Below, piece by piece: positions 41,990 through 59,339 of a stretch of 64,000 nucleotides of DNA (its first letter is position 1; every line of letters begins with the position of its first letter). Origin of the DNA: Eledone cirrhosa (Eukaryota); the NCBI GenBank assembly GCA_964016885.1, contig OZ024746.1, forward strand, positions 44,702,001-44,766,000, written 5' to 3'. The notes beneath the pieces are model-generated. The model was given only the letters and a program-made list of their open reading frames with translations, searched no databases and had not been told where the DNA came from. A program made the translations under genes and the position numbers.

Positions 41990-42989
41990 TAGGCGTCTCT
42001 CACAATCGAGGTGTCTTAGTAGCATGATCCAAGCTTTCGCTACAGGCTTTCGATGCACATGCAGTCACGTGCATATATACGCACTCTCTTGCCTCTCCAT
42101 ACGTTCATCCAACAAAACATTTAGCAAGGAACGGCTAGAAGAATGCGCCATCAAGAATGTGCCACAAGAATGTGCCATCTACTCCACACGTATGAAAGGA
42201 AAAGTGAACCACAGTGGTCTTTGAACTTAAAACACAGATATCCAAAGGCTACCGCAGTCATAGAGAATTTATCACACTAATATAGATTGTTGGTAGAAGT
42301 GTAACAATTTTTATACGCTCAGAAACTCACTTGAGTTAGATGTCCTTCTGTTGAAAGCACCCAGAACGTTTCACTTTACAAACGTGTGTTGTGAATTTAT
42401 AACAGTATGATCAGAGGTCTCTGCAAATCGTATTGTGTCTTTAAACTACATCGAGCACACATGAAACAGATTTTTGTTACTGCTGATGAATTATAATACA
42501 CACATCTAGTTTTATTAGATACACAATATTCTCGCGTTCTGGAAATACTAATAAACTATGAACAGTAGAACTTCAAAGAATTTTAGCATTGTTTCGAGAA
42601 ATACAAGATATACTTACAACCATTCTTCTGAATAAGAATAACTGAATATACTAGCATACAAAAGACGCAAAATAACATCAAATAATTCATAATGAGTGGT
42701 AACATGTGGACTATGATCCTTGATTCATTAACAAAGGTAAATATATTAAATAATAATATATATATATATAGTTACCATATAAATGATGCCTTGTTCAAGT
42801 GAAATGTGAGGTGATAAACGAATTGCAATAGTCAACATATGACTATATAACATATAGATTAAATATATAATTTGGTAGATAAAAATGTGAGTGCAATGTC
42901 AATGAGGTTTAGAGACCAACTGCTTAGCGTTAGGCTGTCTAAATAATATTTCTAATTGAGTCATTCTGATCTATGCTTGACTATTATTT

Positions 42990-43122
42990 TACTTTATGGA
43001 ACTCGGAAGAATGTCAGGCACGTTTAATCCCCATCGTATATGAATGCAGAACGGAAAAATCCTGACCATATACTGAAAAGCAATTGTCCGACGCTCTAAT
43101 CTCCCTGCCAATCCACCACCCT
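42990..43122 (-). mobile_element. Degenerate older SINE copy
   Basis: Minus strand GGGTGGTGGATTGGCAG..TAGAGCGTCGGAC resembles the SINE head. Confidence 0.5.
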
Positions 43123-43670
43123 CTCCAGTTTCAATACTGTTACCGGTGCTGTGACCCAGGTTCTCAAAATAGGTATTGCATAGGATATAATTAACTGAAG
43201 ACTGAATCAACTCTTTTGAATTCATTAATGATAGCACACCTCGCACTGCCAAGGCCTGTTGCTCTACCAGGGGAAAACAGCTCTATATAAGATATAAACA
43301 TGTATTGTATGTGTGTGGGCGTTCGTGTTCTATTCACAAATTAAAAAATGAATTCCGTCAACATCCTATATATTATGCATTACTAACGCACGGAGCAAAT
43401 ATTTATAAAATTTATATCAATATTTGATGCATGATTTTTTTTATTATTTACATTCCTATAAAAAATCTGATTGTTTTGCCTTCAAATTACCTCTTTTCTT
43501 GTACTCTCTTTCTCTTGAAATATATCTATGAAAGATTCTATGCTATCTGATACTGACGCGTTGAGCAGGAATTATAATTCTTGGTAATCTATGTGCCTCA
43601 GTCGCTATAAGGGTATTAGACCCATTATAACGCAATAATATGCTTCTTCTTATAGAGATGACAATTGTTT

Positions 43671-43911
43671 TTAAAAAGGGGACAAAATTGTTGGAATTAG
43701 TTCTTTCATTTCTTGGATACGACTGAAGCCAACATATTTTCCATTCAGATGGAAAAAGCCCCGATTCGTCATGATTGTCAATCGATGTATAAAGAAATTA
43801 CTGAAAGGTGATGGTTCCTGCTGTTTAACATGATTAGCTTTTGTCTTAATTTTATCAGCACAATTTCTTTTATTACAATGTATTAGAATGGACATGGACT
43901 TTGACAAGAAA
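43671..43911 (-). CDS. Candidate terminal exon of an unidentified host gene
   Basis: tatttttag acceptor, then 79 open non-repetitive codons (FLSKSMS...ELIPTILSPF*). No family recognised. Confidence 0.25.
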
Positions 43912-44665
43912 CTAAAAATAAAAGCTTCACCAAATTATTTTGACTATAGTCTGAATAATATCGAGACAAATGGACATTAAACAAGCATACAAATAAGACG
44001 ATTTTTAAATCAATTATGTAAGCGTATTGCATGTGGAAAGGCATGTTTAAACCTAGATCAGCCCCGTTTCAGCTGGACTGTCATCAAAGAATGGTACTCC
44101 AGCCAACAATATCTTGTTTATGTTCGGGTTATTTAGAACTACATTATCTTATATGTCATTTCTTTTTCTAATACGGTAAGTTGTGAAGTTAGGGATAGTT
44201 GGCTGCTATTTCAAGACGTCCTGGCTCTAAAAGTAGTGTCCTTTAGTAATAAAGAAGCCATATTTCTTGTAAATACCTATGTTTAGCTTCTGAACTTTTA
44301 TTATTCAAATTCAATTATTGAACATATATTAAGAACACAGAAATATGACTAGATGTCTTACAGCATATTACTTATCTGCTGTCCGTTAATAGTTTCATTG
44401 ACATTCACTCAGTCGATGGTTTGAGCGTTTCTATATATTATATTTGTGTGAAAATTGGAGTTTCTATATAACGTATGCATGAGTTTTATCCATAAAAATA
44501 CGAGAATTGTATATCTGAATACAAATTTATCCAGTTCAATGCAATACTTTTTACTCTATTGAGAACAGCATTATTGGTATGTTTTACGAAATCGTTAACC
44601 ACCTAAACCATCTGCAGGCCGCTGTGAGATTATGCAATATCTTCATCCATGGCTGCCTTTTTCTG

Positions 44666-44756
<91 letters not shown>

Positions 44757-44960
44757 CTCTCTCTCTGTATATATATATATATATATATATTTATATAACA
44801 AAAATTAGCGAAAGATAGAACTTCACGATCGGCTGTGGAAATGATATTCTTGCATTTGTTGCTAATTTCGCAATATTATCTATGACGCACATGGCTCCTG
44901 CTTATCCTTTGTTCAGTTGGTCCATATATATATATATATTTAATTGGATTTTAATATATA

Positions 44961-44998
<38 letters not shown>

Positions 44999-45092
44999 AA
45001 ACAATGAAGAGTAACATGGTAGGCTGTACAACAAGGGGCTTTATTTCGTATATACATACACACACGCACAAACGCACGGACACATACAAACA

Positions 45093-45231
<139 letters not shown>

Positions 45232-46127
45232 GTATGCAAATGTATTTACAAATGTATCTGAAGACAGTTAACCAACTTCTATTAAAACAGTTGAATCACT
45301 TACAATTCTTTCTAGTGTATTGTGAAATAAATGTGTCACTTTGTACAACATAAAGGAAGATAGAGCTATTAAGTATAACTAAGAGTAATCTGAGACCAGT
45401 TAAGCTATAAAAAGTGTATAATTATCATATCCGTGTATAAGTGAATGATGCCTAGTTAGATTATAGTATCGTATGAAAATGCGGTAATTAACTAATATAT
45501 CATTATATTCACAGAACTCAAAATACAAAAAGTTGGCTGCTATGTTGTTAAGATAAAAAGTACTCATTAATGCCCCAAAAGTTAATTTAAATACAGAAAT
45601 ATGTACAGTCCCACTTATCAATACTTAGTTGAATATTTACATAGTCATTATTATAATTAATTTCAAAATTAAATTAGGTTATCACATCTTGATCATAATC
45701 AATTTGTAATTTCCTCTCTTATATGAATTGATTCGCAGTAAATTTATTAAATCAAATAAAAAAACTAAAGAAAAAAACTATAAAATTATTAAATCAATTA
45801 GCCAATATGAAGTAAAGTAATAATTACTAAATTGCTGAATAGAATTACTAATGTGCTATGAAGTACAGATTATATTGTATATAGAGTAACTAACCAGATA
45901 TAACTATGATTTGAATAATACTTATACTTTTGATTGTGGATTCGTATCCCACACCTTACTGCGCAACAGGAACGAGTAGATATATAATATCCAGATTTCA
46001 ACGGTTAAATATATTCCACAATACACTAAAAACAATTGTAAGAGCTTAAACAGTTTCTAATGAAAGTCGGTTAATTTTCCTTAAATACGTATGCTCTGCT
46101 TATTCCCTAAATACATCACTAACTATT

Positions 46128-46233
<106 letters not shown>

Positions 46234-46670
46234 ATAATAATAAATTTGAAGACTAAAATCCAAAGAGGGCTCGATAAGGATAAATATATATCAAATATAT
46301 AAGAACCGTAGAGCAAATATTCATTAAAATAACAGATTAAAGTTTAAGCAAAGAAATGTATATATATATATAAATATATATATATATTAATATATATATA
46401 TATAAATATATATATATAAATGTATATATATATATACATACATTTGCAATCTTATGTCACCTGTAAAATCAATCATTGAAGCATGGCGTAAATTCATATT
46501 TAGCCCTTAAAACTGTTGTTATATATAAATATCTCTTTCATTTCGGAGTTCTTTTTATAACAATTCTAAACATGATATTTGTATGTGCACTTTGCAGACG
46601 AATCGACAAAAATAAAAAAGAATAAAGAAGAAATTAATGTTTTTCATATGGATATATCTAAATGCCATAC

Positions 46671-47317
46671 CGTTTCTGAACAGCTATTTTTCATGTCTAT
46701 ATAAGTCAATTGTGAAGTGAATGTGCAAAATCCTTGCTCAAACCAACGTGTCCCTAAAATCTTTAACACTCTTCTAATTAGTCATACCAAATTACTAAAA
46801 CCGGAAAAATCATTTTTCATAACTATTCAAAAGCAATATTCCATTGCGATTATCAAATCACTTCAATTTTGAATGTTCACTAATTGCCTTCGCTCTAGGA
46901 TACAACAATACATGTTTTACTCACTTAATAGAAACTTCTAAATGGCATCTAACAATAGGGTTCACACTCAATAGGTTTATGTGCAACTTTGAAAGTATAT
47001 ATAACAAAACTCATTTTATTGCATTAATTCGGTTTATTGATCTCATAATTTTAGCGTTCATACAGTAAGCAGAGAAATCTGAAAAATAACGAAACACATT
47101 TTTAAATATTGTATAATTCCATTACAAAAATAGATAACATCCCATCTAGTCAAAGAAAGACATAATTGTCTTAATGCCGTATTAAATATACAATATTAAT
47201 AATATCAATCTTTATCTAGTTTATGTTCAAAACATAGTACGACAATGATATTAGTTATCCTTCTCAGGAACACAACATAAACAAACCAATATGAACTCAC
47301 CATTGCAACTTTTTAAC
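46671..47317 (-). CDS. Candidate spliced exons: 17-nt micro-exon 47301-47317 and 83-nt exon 46671-46753
   Basis: cttctag|...ATG|gtgagt and ttttag|...ACG|gtatgg. A phase-compatible join reads LKSCNGTRWFEQGFCTFTSQLTYIDMKNSCSET. Confidence 0.3.
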
Positions 47318-48071
47318 CTAGAAGTATATTTAATTTTCCTATATGAAAATATATTTTAGAAGTAGCTTTTATACTTTAGCGAAAAACATTTAAACCATAG
47401 CTATATCACATTATTTTTACTAGTTAGATTTTATCTGGGCGCAAATATTGGTGTTTGGTTTTCGAAGATCAATTTGAAATAACGTAGATGGCACCTTGGG
47501 TAAGTGTCTTCATATAGTCTCAGTCGTGTGAAACTCATGTATGGGAGAGTTGGTAGAATAGAATGTTGTCAATGACACGCGGAAGGACAGTTTCCGCGTT
47601 TGTTTGGTAAATATCACCTGATTAAAACCAACGCTCACATGGGCGTGTGCACTGCAGTGGGATTTATTAGAAGCATTCGGGACGGGTTTCAGCTTTAAGG
47701 ATAAATTTCTGCATATATTCTCAGGAACCATGTGTAAACACCATGTAGGCTGCCCTTCCACTTCTGACTAAACCATAAAACACATTTCAATTCTTTTGTA
47801 TATCAATGCTAGTGATATAATATTCTGCCCAACATTACAAATATAATAAAGATGCAATATTATCATTATTGTTTCGAAAATTCAGTTTTACCAATTCAGA
47901 TAACGGATACATTCTATCGGCTTTGACGATTCCTTGCATTTTATTACGTTTCTGATGATATCTCCGTATGGCAAACGACATAAACTGTAATGAACAAAAA
48001 CAAAATTAATGTATATATATAAGGTAAATTATACAATTGAAAAAATATTTCAAGCTCTGATTCAGTTTATC

Positions 48072-48112
<41 letters not shown>

Positions 48113-48323
48113 TACGTGAATATTTGTCTTGTCTTTTACTCCACTGGTCAACGCTTTGGCTTTTGTCAGACACTATCTCCGTGTGGTCCAACAGTATCGT
48201 TCGTAGGGATCGAAATTACCAAATCCATCTCAACGGCTGATGAAGCTGGAGTTCTGTGTCTTTCGGTTTGCCTTGTTTTCGTTCGTTGTTGTGTGCTTTC
48301 TTTGTTAATTTTGTTAATTTTTT

Positions 48324-48369
<46 letters not shown>

Positions 48370-48395
48370 TATACATATAAATATAAATTTCTATA

Positions 48396-48479
<84 letters not shown>

Positions 48480-48557
48480 AATGTAATATATATATAATGT
48501 ATATCTATATATATGTATATACATATATATACATATATATATAGAGATATGCAATAT

Positions 48558-48589
<32 letters not shown>

Positions 48590-51219
48590 TTAAGAGTTAA
48601 ACAAGATTCAATGAATACATCAAAGAATGAGTTTCATAATAAATTGTAAGCACTCTACAAGAAAAATATTTTCTAGAGTTATTAATATTAATTCAAAATA
48701 TTAACAAAATAGATATTCTTGTGATCAATTATATTTTATTATACATATTTCAGAGGTACTGAATTAAGTTCAACAGTACGTCCTCATCAATAAAATAAAA
48801 TGATACATGACATACCCTGACATGGTAGATGGTTAACATTTAATCAAAGTAGTGATTAACTTATGACAAAACTCAATATTTATATTGAGAACATGAGAAC
48901 ACGTAATACAAATAATAGAGAGAGCGTGAGTAATCTATTTTAAGAAATACATGACATCAATATAACAGTTATATAATTTTTAATTTTTAAAAACTACTAG
49001 AGAAAGAGGAGGGAAATGAAAGCATATAGGAAGAAACAGCTGATGTGATAACTTATTTAGTATTTAGCTTGAGAAGACAGATGAAAGATGATAAAAGAGA
49101 GAGAGAGAGACAAAGGCGAGTAATTTATGTTCAAGTTTCTACACACAGAGATTCTTATATAGTATAGTTGGCGTTAATTTTCAAAATATTTAATTTATGT
49201 TATTTCAGGGTAAAGAATCAAATTTTAAGTTTTAAAAGTTAATAGGTATTTGTATTAGTATTATAATATAATTATGTTAAATTTCTAAAATTCAAATTTT
49301 ATGAAAACAAATTTAAAGGATTTACGAACCCCGAGAAAGAAAGAAAATATATATATATAATGTTTTATATCCCCACGAGGGTAATCTTTACCAAAATTAC
49401 TAATAATATTAATTTCTTTTTTTATTTTTTTAAAATTTATAATGATTTCTTTATTTAACAACAGTTTCTATAATATATCTTATAAGATATTTATAGTTAT
49501 AACTATTAAAGAATTTATTGTTAAATAGTTTGAGTATCAACCGGCCTTATAATTAAACTTAAAGAAGTTAGAATTTTAAACTATATATATGTATTGATCA
49601 TAATATACCAACATTATAGTTTATTATTTGGTTATATATTGTATTAAGTAAATGATTATATAAGTTCGACCTTCCAGGGAAAACCAAATACTTATAATAA
49701 TACATAATGTCATTTGAGTGTTTAAATTATTTATAAATATAACTACGATTATGTTATTACACTAGATAAAGATATTTGTACAACCTATATATAGATATAA
49801 TTATAGGTATATGAAACGGTATACATTTAATAAAGAATAATAATTATAATCATTGTTAGTAATGCTATAATTGTAGTTTTACCTCCAGTTCAGTGGAGAG
49901 ATAGACCAATATTTGTCAGCTATTATGGTTTGTTAAATATACATAAAAAAACAAAGTGCTAATCCAACTTTCTGAGTCCCCCCAAACCATCTCAAATTGA
50001 GTAAAATATATATATATATAAAATATGCAAACGCATGAATGATCCACAGTTCAAATTATAATCAGTAAATTTACAGGTTAGATATCTAAACTATATATTT
50101 AAAACAGAGACAGAAAAATAAAGATCTGTATCAAAGTTAAAAATATCCAAAAAATCATAGGCTATGCATATCTATCAAGTAAACAAGTTATCAAACAAGT
50201 GTCATTCATTCGAACATTAATTCCATTATAAATAATTAGAAGATAGAGCATTATTAAAATTTTATAAACCGTTATGACTTATATATTCAACAGGTGATGA
50301 TGGACGTCGAAAATCAGGCTTGATTGCTTACTGTTTTTTCCTGACTTTTTGCGAGGCTTTATGAAGGCACTCAAACTATTTAACAATAAATTCTTTAATA
50401 GTTATAACTATAAATATCTTATAAATTATATTATAGAAACTGTTGTCAAATAAAGAAATCATTATAAATAAAAAAAAAATAAAGAAATAAATAAAGAAAT
50501 CAATATTATAAGTAATTTTGTTAAACATTACCTTCGTGGGGATATAAAACATTATATATATATTTTTTCTTTCTTTCTCGGGTTTCGAAAATCCTTTAAA
50601 TTTGTTTTCATAAAATTTGAATTTTAGAAATTTAACAAAATTATATTATAATACTAATACAAATACCTATTAACTTTTAAAACTTAAAATTTGATTCTTT
50701 ACCCTGAAATAACATAAATTAAATATTTTGAAAATTAACCGCCAACTATACTATATAAGAATCTCTGTGTGTAGAAACTTGAACATAAATTACACCCCTT
50801 TGTCTCTCTCTCTCTCTTTAATCATCTTTCATCCGTCTTCTCAAGCTAAATACTAAATAAGTTATCACATCAGCTGTTTCTTCCTATATGTTTTCCTTTC
50901 CCTCCTCTTCCTCTAGTAGTTTTTAAAAATTAAAAATTATATAATTGATGCCATGTATTTCTTAAAATATATTACTCACACTCTCTCTATTATTTGTATT
51001 ACGCTTTCTCATGTTCTCAATATTAGGGTATAAATATTGAGTTTTGTCATAAGTTAATCACTACCTTGATTAAATCTTAACCATCTACCATGTCAGGGTA
51101 TGTTATGTATCATTTTATTTTAGGTGAGGACGTACTGTTGAACTTAATTCAGTACCTTTGAAATATGTATAATAAAATATAATTGATCACAAGAATATCT
51201 ATTTTGTTAATATTTTGAA

Positions 51220-51228
<9 letters not shown>
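48590..51228. mobile_element. Non-coding head-to-head inverted repeat (~850-bp arms) in (TA)n, probably PLE-derived
   Basis: 48683-49535 is inverted relative to 50369-51228. Hammerhead relics lie near both outer ends. Confidence 0.8.
48732..48797 (-). ncRNA. Hammerhead relic (more degraded mirror copy at 51116-51179, + strand)
   Basis: TATTTTAT-TGATGA-GGAC-GTACTG...CAGTAC-CTCT-GAAA-TATGTATA-ATAAAATA. C3 is missing or replaced by U. Confidence 0.6.
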
Positions 51229-51257
<29 letters not shown>

Positions 51258-51336
51258 CCGGGTTGAATCGGAAGTAACCACAGTAAGTAAGGTACTAAAT
51301 ACATAGCAGAGTATAAATGTTTTAATATAGAAGAGC

Positions 51337-51381
51337 TTCTACAGGACTAGAACTGTTTCATTCGTGAGAAATCATCAGGAA
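51337..51381 (-). ncRNA. Minimal hammerhead motif in a ~130-bp island between (TA)n tracts
   Basis: TTC-CTGATGA-TTTC-tcac-GAAT-GAAACAG-ttctagtc-CTGTA-GAA. Confidence 0.65.
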
Positions 51382-51407
51382 TATATATATATATATATAT
51401 ATGTACA

Positions 51408-51446
<39 letters not shown>

Positions 51447-51459
51447 TTATATACATATG

Positions 51460-51554
<95 letters not shown>

Positions 51555-51661
51555 TTATATACATATGTACATATTTATATATATATATATATATATATAC
51601 ATTTATATACATATGTATATATACATATATATACATATATACATTTATATACATATGTACA

Positions 51662-51718
<57 letters not shown>

Positions 51719-52299
51719 TTATATACATATGTATACTTTAAAATTTAGACTGACACTTATAAATAATGAGATTTGCAATTTTGAAAGTGTTTATACATAC
51801 TCAAAACAACCATCAATAGTAGTGGGTTTTATGATGTCCATCTTGCAATATATGCTATTAACCTGGTAACAGGCTAGGCAATTTTTAAAACACCCCTTTT
51901 CATATTCAATCGAATATATCTGCACAACTCCAACAAGGAGGCAGAACAGTATGACTTTCGAATTCATTATTTTTCTGTTAGTTAGACAGCTGAAATATAA
52001 AGTATGATAGAAAATATTTTTATGCTATGAAAATATTTAAATAATACACCTACAGGTATACATTATGTATATATATATATTTAGTAACGAAAGCAATATG
52101 TTGATTAAGTTTTAGATGTAATATTTATATAAAGTGCTAAAATTATTGATTTTTTTTAAAATTCGAACGTGGCCACAATTTTATAGTGAAGAATATTTCC
52201 GTATTGAGGACTTTCTCTTATTCCTTAAAACATCTAGATTCGATATTAGAAATAAAGCATGCATGTGAGTCACCGGGATCGTTTTGAAATCTGTAATGT

Positions 52300-53050
52300 T
52301 TGCCAGTGACATGTATATATACATAACATCCCAGGAATATTTTTCAGGGCCGTTGACCATTACTTCCTCCCAACACATAGATCCCAGCAATTCTTCAATA
52401 AGCACGTGGTGAAGTTCTCTTTCTCAACAACATCGAATCTTGAGAGCGTGTTAATGGCCATCAACCGAAAAACGATTGGGAAATTTACTTCCTACGGTAG
52501 CCCTGACTCTGCACCGAACCAGCAACTCCGCGTTGCAAGCAGATAGGAAGTCCCAAACATCGGACGAACAACGACCAAGCAAACCATGCCACAGACCTTC
52601 CACAAACCCGCACCACAGAGCCGGCAGATACCCGTGTCCCCATGAATATGAAGTGCAACTGCAGATCCCGTACGGAGTGTCCTCTTCGAATTAACTGCTT
52701 GGTCTCTGGTCTCTGGTATCATGCGGAAAACAGGAGAAAATGTGTATACATAGGTGCAACCGGTGGAGATTTTAAATCCCGTTTCTATAAACATGCATGC
52801 TCCTTCAGAAATCGGCATACAAAATCGCAAACCAGTCTGTTCTCGCAGGTGTGGCCGCTTAAGGACGATAATATCACCTTTAGAACGGAATAGAACGTCA
52901 CAAGACGACAAACTCCGCTCCACTTAGGAGTATGATACTGCCGCTTATGCCTTGCGGAAGCTGTGGAAATAATAACATTGAAAAAACACGGTATAAACAC
53001 GAGGCCTGAAATCGTTATGAACTGTTTGCGTCAGCGAGTCCACCTGTTCG
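52300..53050 (+). pseudogene. Decayed PLE linker + GIY-YIG endonuclease
   Basis: FNKHVVKFSFSTT, KCNCRSRTECPLRINCL, VYIGATGGDFKSRFYKH and YCRLCLAEA, with stops. Confidence 0.8.
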
Positions 53051-53100
53051 GTTATATTAATATACCTATCTACATCAGACATTGGTAAAATCAGTAAAAT

Positions 53101-53289
53101 AATTGTTTCTACTTTAGGCACAAGGCCAGCAATTACCCAGTGCATTACTGGTACTTTATTTCATCGACCCCGTACGGATGAAAGGCAAAGTCAACCTCGG
53201 CGGGATTTGAACTCAGATCGTAAAGGGACGTAACTATGCTGGAAAGCATGGCGTCCGACCCTCTACCGATACTGCCAATCCACCGCCCT
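53101..53289 (-). mobile_element. Full-length tRNA-derived SINE
   Basis: Matches the family; AGTAAAAT occurs on both flanks. Confidence 0.9.
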
Positions 53290-53399
53290 TAGTAAAATTA
53301 GTAAAATAATCCTAGATAGAATAATACCCAGATTAAAGGATAAGGCTAGTATTTTGCTATGAGGTAACACAGATCAGATTATTAATTAGTTCACTAAGA

Positions 53400-54262
53400 T
53401 ACCGGAAAAGAAAGCACTTAAATTTCTCCAATTCAATATTGGTAACTACTATGCTTCTATCTCCCCTATCCTAAACAACCCTCGTAAAATAGAAAATCTT
53501 AGTAAACATATACACAAATTCTTTAAAACAAACGGCTATTCGGTAACCATTGACCCTAACCATAAGATAGTTAACTTCCTAGATGTAAGATTAGAACTAG
53601 ATACAGGCCTATACCGACCATACCATAAGCCTGGTGAGGTGTTTTCTTACATTAGTAAATCATCTAACCACCCCCATCTATCCTCAACTCTATAGTGAAG
53701 AACGTCTCTCATACAAACTCAATGAGGACGTATTTCACAGTACTGCATAGTATTATAACTGCGCTGGCAGCACTATATTAATAATATATTTTACATCCAA
53801 GATATTAAATCTCTTAAAATCCCATAAAATAGTAATAACATAATCACACAACGCAGTAACATTACTAACGAAATGAATAATAAAACTAGATTAGGTAAGA
53901 TGATTAGCACCAATAAATATCATCATAGTAATAAAATAGCTAGGTCTGGCTATAATAACCAACCATACTCCACAAATAAAATTGGAGCAGATAACCTAGA
54001 TATATCCCCTGTTTATAGACGTAATAATGGAGATGGGTTGCTACCTACACCTAACAATAAGCATAGAATCAAGCCTGTGAACTTCCTCAATGGCATAAGA
54101 ACACATAAGGCAAATACGGACAGAGCATGCAAAAGGCCCGGTTTTGGTAGCAGCAGGAATAACACATATTATGGCATAAATGACCGTGCCAACGTCAGAG
54201 CACCACGCAGAAGACGCTGGCATAATATTCCATAGAATCCTTAACAAAAATATTGTTAGTAT
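53400..54262 (+). pseudogene. Decayed PLE RT/thumb/linker fragment
   Basis: KFFKTNGYSVTI..IVNFLDVRLELDTGLYRPYHKP..YISKSSNHP and RRRRWHNIP. Confidence 0.8.
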
Positions 54263-54469
54263 ATATATATATATATATATATTAATAAAAGGAATTCAAA
54301 CTTTGTCTGATTTACTCGTTTTATTTACAATCCTTTAACATTTATAATGGTCTTAGAATGAAATAGTATGGTAGAATATTAAATGTTAAGTGTTAATTGA
54401 ACAAGTACTTTCATGCTTTCGCAATCTTCAGATTCATATTCTGTGGTGACAGTCAAGTTTGCAATTTTC

Positions 54470-56407
<1,938 letters not shown>

Positions 56408-56479
56408 CTAACAACATTTCTATGGTACTTATGGTTGTCTGGGAAGCTTTTCTCTAAGATGCTGAAGAAGACATTAGGG

Positions 56480-56546
<67 letters not shown>

Positions 56547-56551
56547 GGGTG

Positions 56552-56591
<40 letters not shown>

Positions 56592-56594
<3 letters not shown>

Positions 56595-57205
56595 TATGTA
56601 TACGTACATACATATATGTATACAGACGTACAGTGGTATGTATATACATACATACATGTACACATATATATATGTACGTATGCGTTTACCGAACATTTAT
56701 TATAATGTGCGGTTTGTTTGTAAACAAACAGCCCGATTTACGCCGTACAGTGTTCGGTAACCATCGTCGCCATTTTGTTCAACACTGACAAAAGAACGAT
56801 GAACTAGTTTCAAGCTTATTACCTATCGTCAGCATCGTATACCTTCCTGTCAGATGATTGAACGTTTGAAAATATATACTTTCCTTATGCATATTAACGG
56901 CTGAGCAGCCTAATTTGTATAGTGAGTGAGTTAGTCGGCCGAGCGTAAGGAAAACGATAAATGGAAAATAATGAAACGAAATTTAATTTCTCACTCTTAG
57001 TACGGCTGATACTTAAATATAAGTATGTATACGTACATACATATATGTATACAGACGTACAGTAGTATGTATATATATACATACATGTACACATATATAT
57101 ATTTATGTACGTATGGGTTTACCGAACATTTATTATAATGTTTGTTTTGTTTGTAAACAAACATCCCGAATTACGCCGTACAGTGTTCGGCAACCATCGT
57201 CGCCC
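56592..57205 (+). repeat. Repeat family A, two partial tandem copies
   Basis: Homology to 1137-1515. Confidence 0.75.
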
Positions 57206-58521
57206 TTTATATATATATATATGATGCAGTTCTTCACTTTTCGGTCCCGTAAAGTCTGTCAGGTGTCACAGCAGAGTTTTGAATTGCAGATCCTCCCAGA
57301 GCGCAATCATCGATATTCGTCTGCATTTGTTATCGATGATGTACATCCTAGCATAATGTTGGGTGACACAGCCCCTGCTGATATCTTTAGAACATTTTGT
57401 GCTTATATCAAAATATTGACGTGGAGAAAATGATTTGGAATGATTTCGCAGTTAGTGTGCTGAGGTTTTGTTAAACTATTTTATATTAATCGGTAGCTGC
57501 ATGTGTAGAGAACACAGTTTCTTTCATTGACTCAGCGAGCTAGGATTACTCAAGTAGGCTTAAATTAATCTTGATGTGATTATCTTCTTCTTATGAATCA
57601 GACAATCATATTTACACGGAGAATTTCATTAAATGTTGACGGATACAACTGCTCATGCATTGTCGAAAATGACAAATACATTTAAACTGCTAACGCATCA
57701 TTAAATACCCAGCTAATCGGAGATTTATCGTATTTTCTTCTAATCTGAGTAAGTAATCTCTGAGTATATTCATTGAAGGTGTTGTGACATGGAACCACTG
57801 CTTTGTGTTCCTCATAGTATAGTACCTTTTGTTTTTTTCCTTTCACTTACTCATATGTACAACAGGTATCTACCGATACAGAGTCTACAACGTGCTAGAA
57901 ATAGCAGCAGCCTCTCCATATAGTGAATCAGTATATAGGGTTGTATATACATACACACTTAGTAGTATACACCATTAAACGAACAATGTTGTTTGAGTTT
58001 ACATATTTAAGCATATACAAAAATGCACATTTCTATATAAATACGTACCTAGCCATACATATACTCAATCATACACACACACACATATATATTCACACAC
58101 ATTCACAGACATATACAAGATCTCCGTTTCACAGAACAGCCTGGAGAGAACCTGTAAATGGTAGGAGTGGAGCATCTATTCAGTGCGTTCGACAAAAATA
58201 TTCTAATCGTTGTGGTACGGGAAAATATATGAAAGTATATAATTTGTAATGAATATAAAATATGTTTGATACAACTCAAACAACAAGAATAAAATCAACA
58301 TATTAGGTGATACTTTACCTTACTCTTTGCTGCAAGCAAATGTAGTAAAGATAGTCTGAAAAAGAGTTCTTTATATAAGGAATATTTCACCTATATAACA
58401 TGATTCGTCCTTTTGTTTGGTTTGAAATTAAAGAGTTGTTTCATGTTACGTAATAAAAAATACACATTATTTTATTGATCGCAAATAAAATGAACAGCAA
58501 CAGCTCAACAGCTGACATTAT

Positions 58522-58706
58522 CGGTGGATTGGCAGTATCGGTAGAGAGTCGGACGCCATGCTTTCCGGCGTAGTTACGTCCCTTTACGGTCTGAGTTCAA
58601 ATCCCGCCGAGGTTGACTTTACCTTTCATCCTTACGGGGTCGATAAAATAAAGTACCAGTAATGCACTGGGTAATTGCTGGCCTCGTGCCAAAAGTAGAA
58701 ACAATT
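58522..58706 (+). mobile_element. tRNA-derived SINE
   Basis: Matches the family. Confidence 0.9.
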
Positions 58707-59339
58707 ATAGCATATATAAGTTATGAAACAAAAAAACAAACTGACATTTGAAATCACTTTAAAACTTTTCATATTTTGTATTTACACAATCCATGGAACA
58801 TTTGCAGATGTTTAATTTTTATATATTTGTTTTCTGTAAATCCTCTGTATTTTACATTTGTCAGTATCAGCTGTTACCTGTACAATTACATAATGAAAAG
58901 GCAGATAGTACGGAAAAAATAACTTGTAATATATAGTTACGGTCCTTTGTGTCCTAAGTTCAAATCTCTATGTGGTCTACATGGCCTTATATTCTTTCAT
59001 GGTTAATGAAATAAATTTGCGGCCAAATATTGTTTTACATTTGATTGTTGATAGTTTCCCACACGATTTATGTGTTTGACCCTATATTATAAATTAATAC
59101 ATATAGGAATCAAAGCAGCAAATTGGCGCATATTTTAAAGCGTCGGAAGATAACATTTCCAATAGTTACAGCTCTTTTGAGTTCATTCTTCCAAAGATCA
59201 CTATTTCAAAGCCATCTAAAAAGCACAGTTTCATTTCGATAATTATGTAATGGTGTGCTTCTGAAATAAATTAAAAGCCGTAAGAGACAGAAACCATAAT
59301 TTAACCGAACAGCTCATGGGAGGAAACATATTTCAAGTA

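Noticed and set aside
42989-43252. 87-aa ORF that looks like real protein
   Set aside because: Its second half is a degenerate SINE head. The remainder has no recognisable homology.
48232-48270. CTGATGA in an island between (TA)n tracts
   Set aside because: No downstream GAAA or stem III was found.
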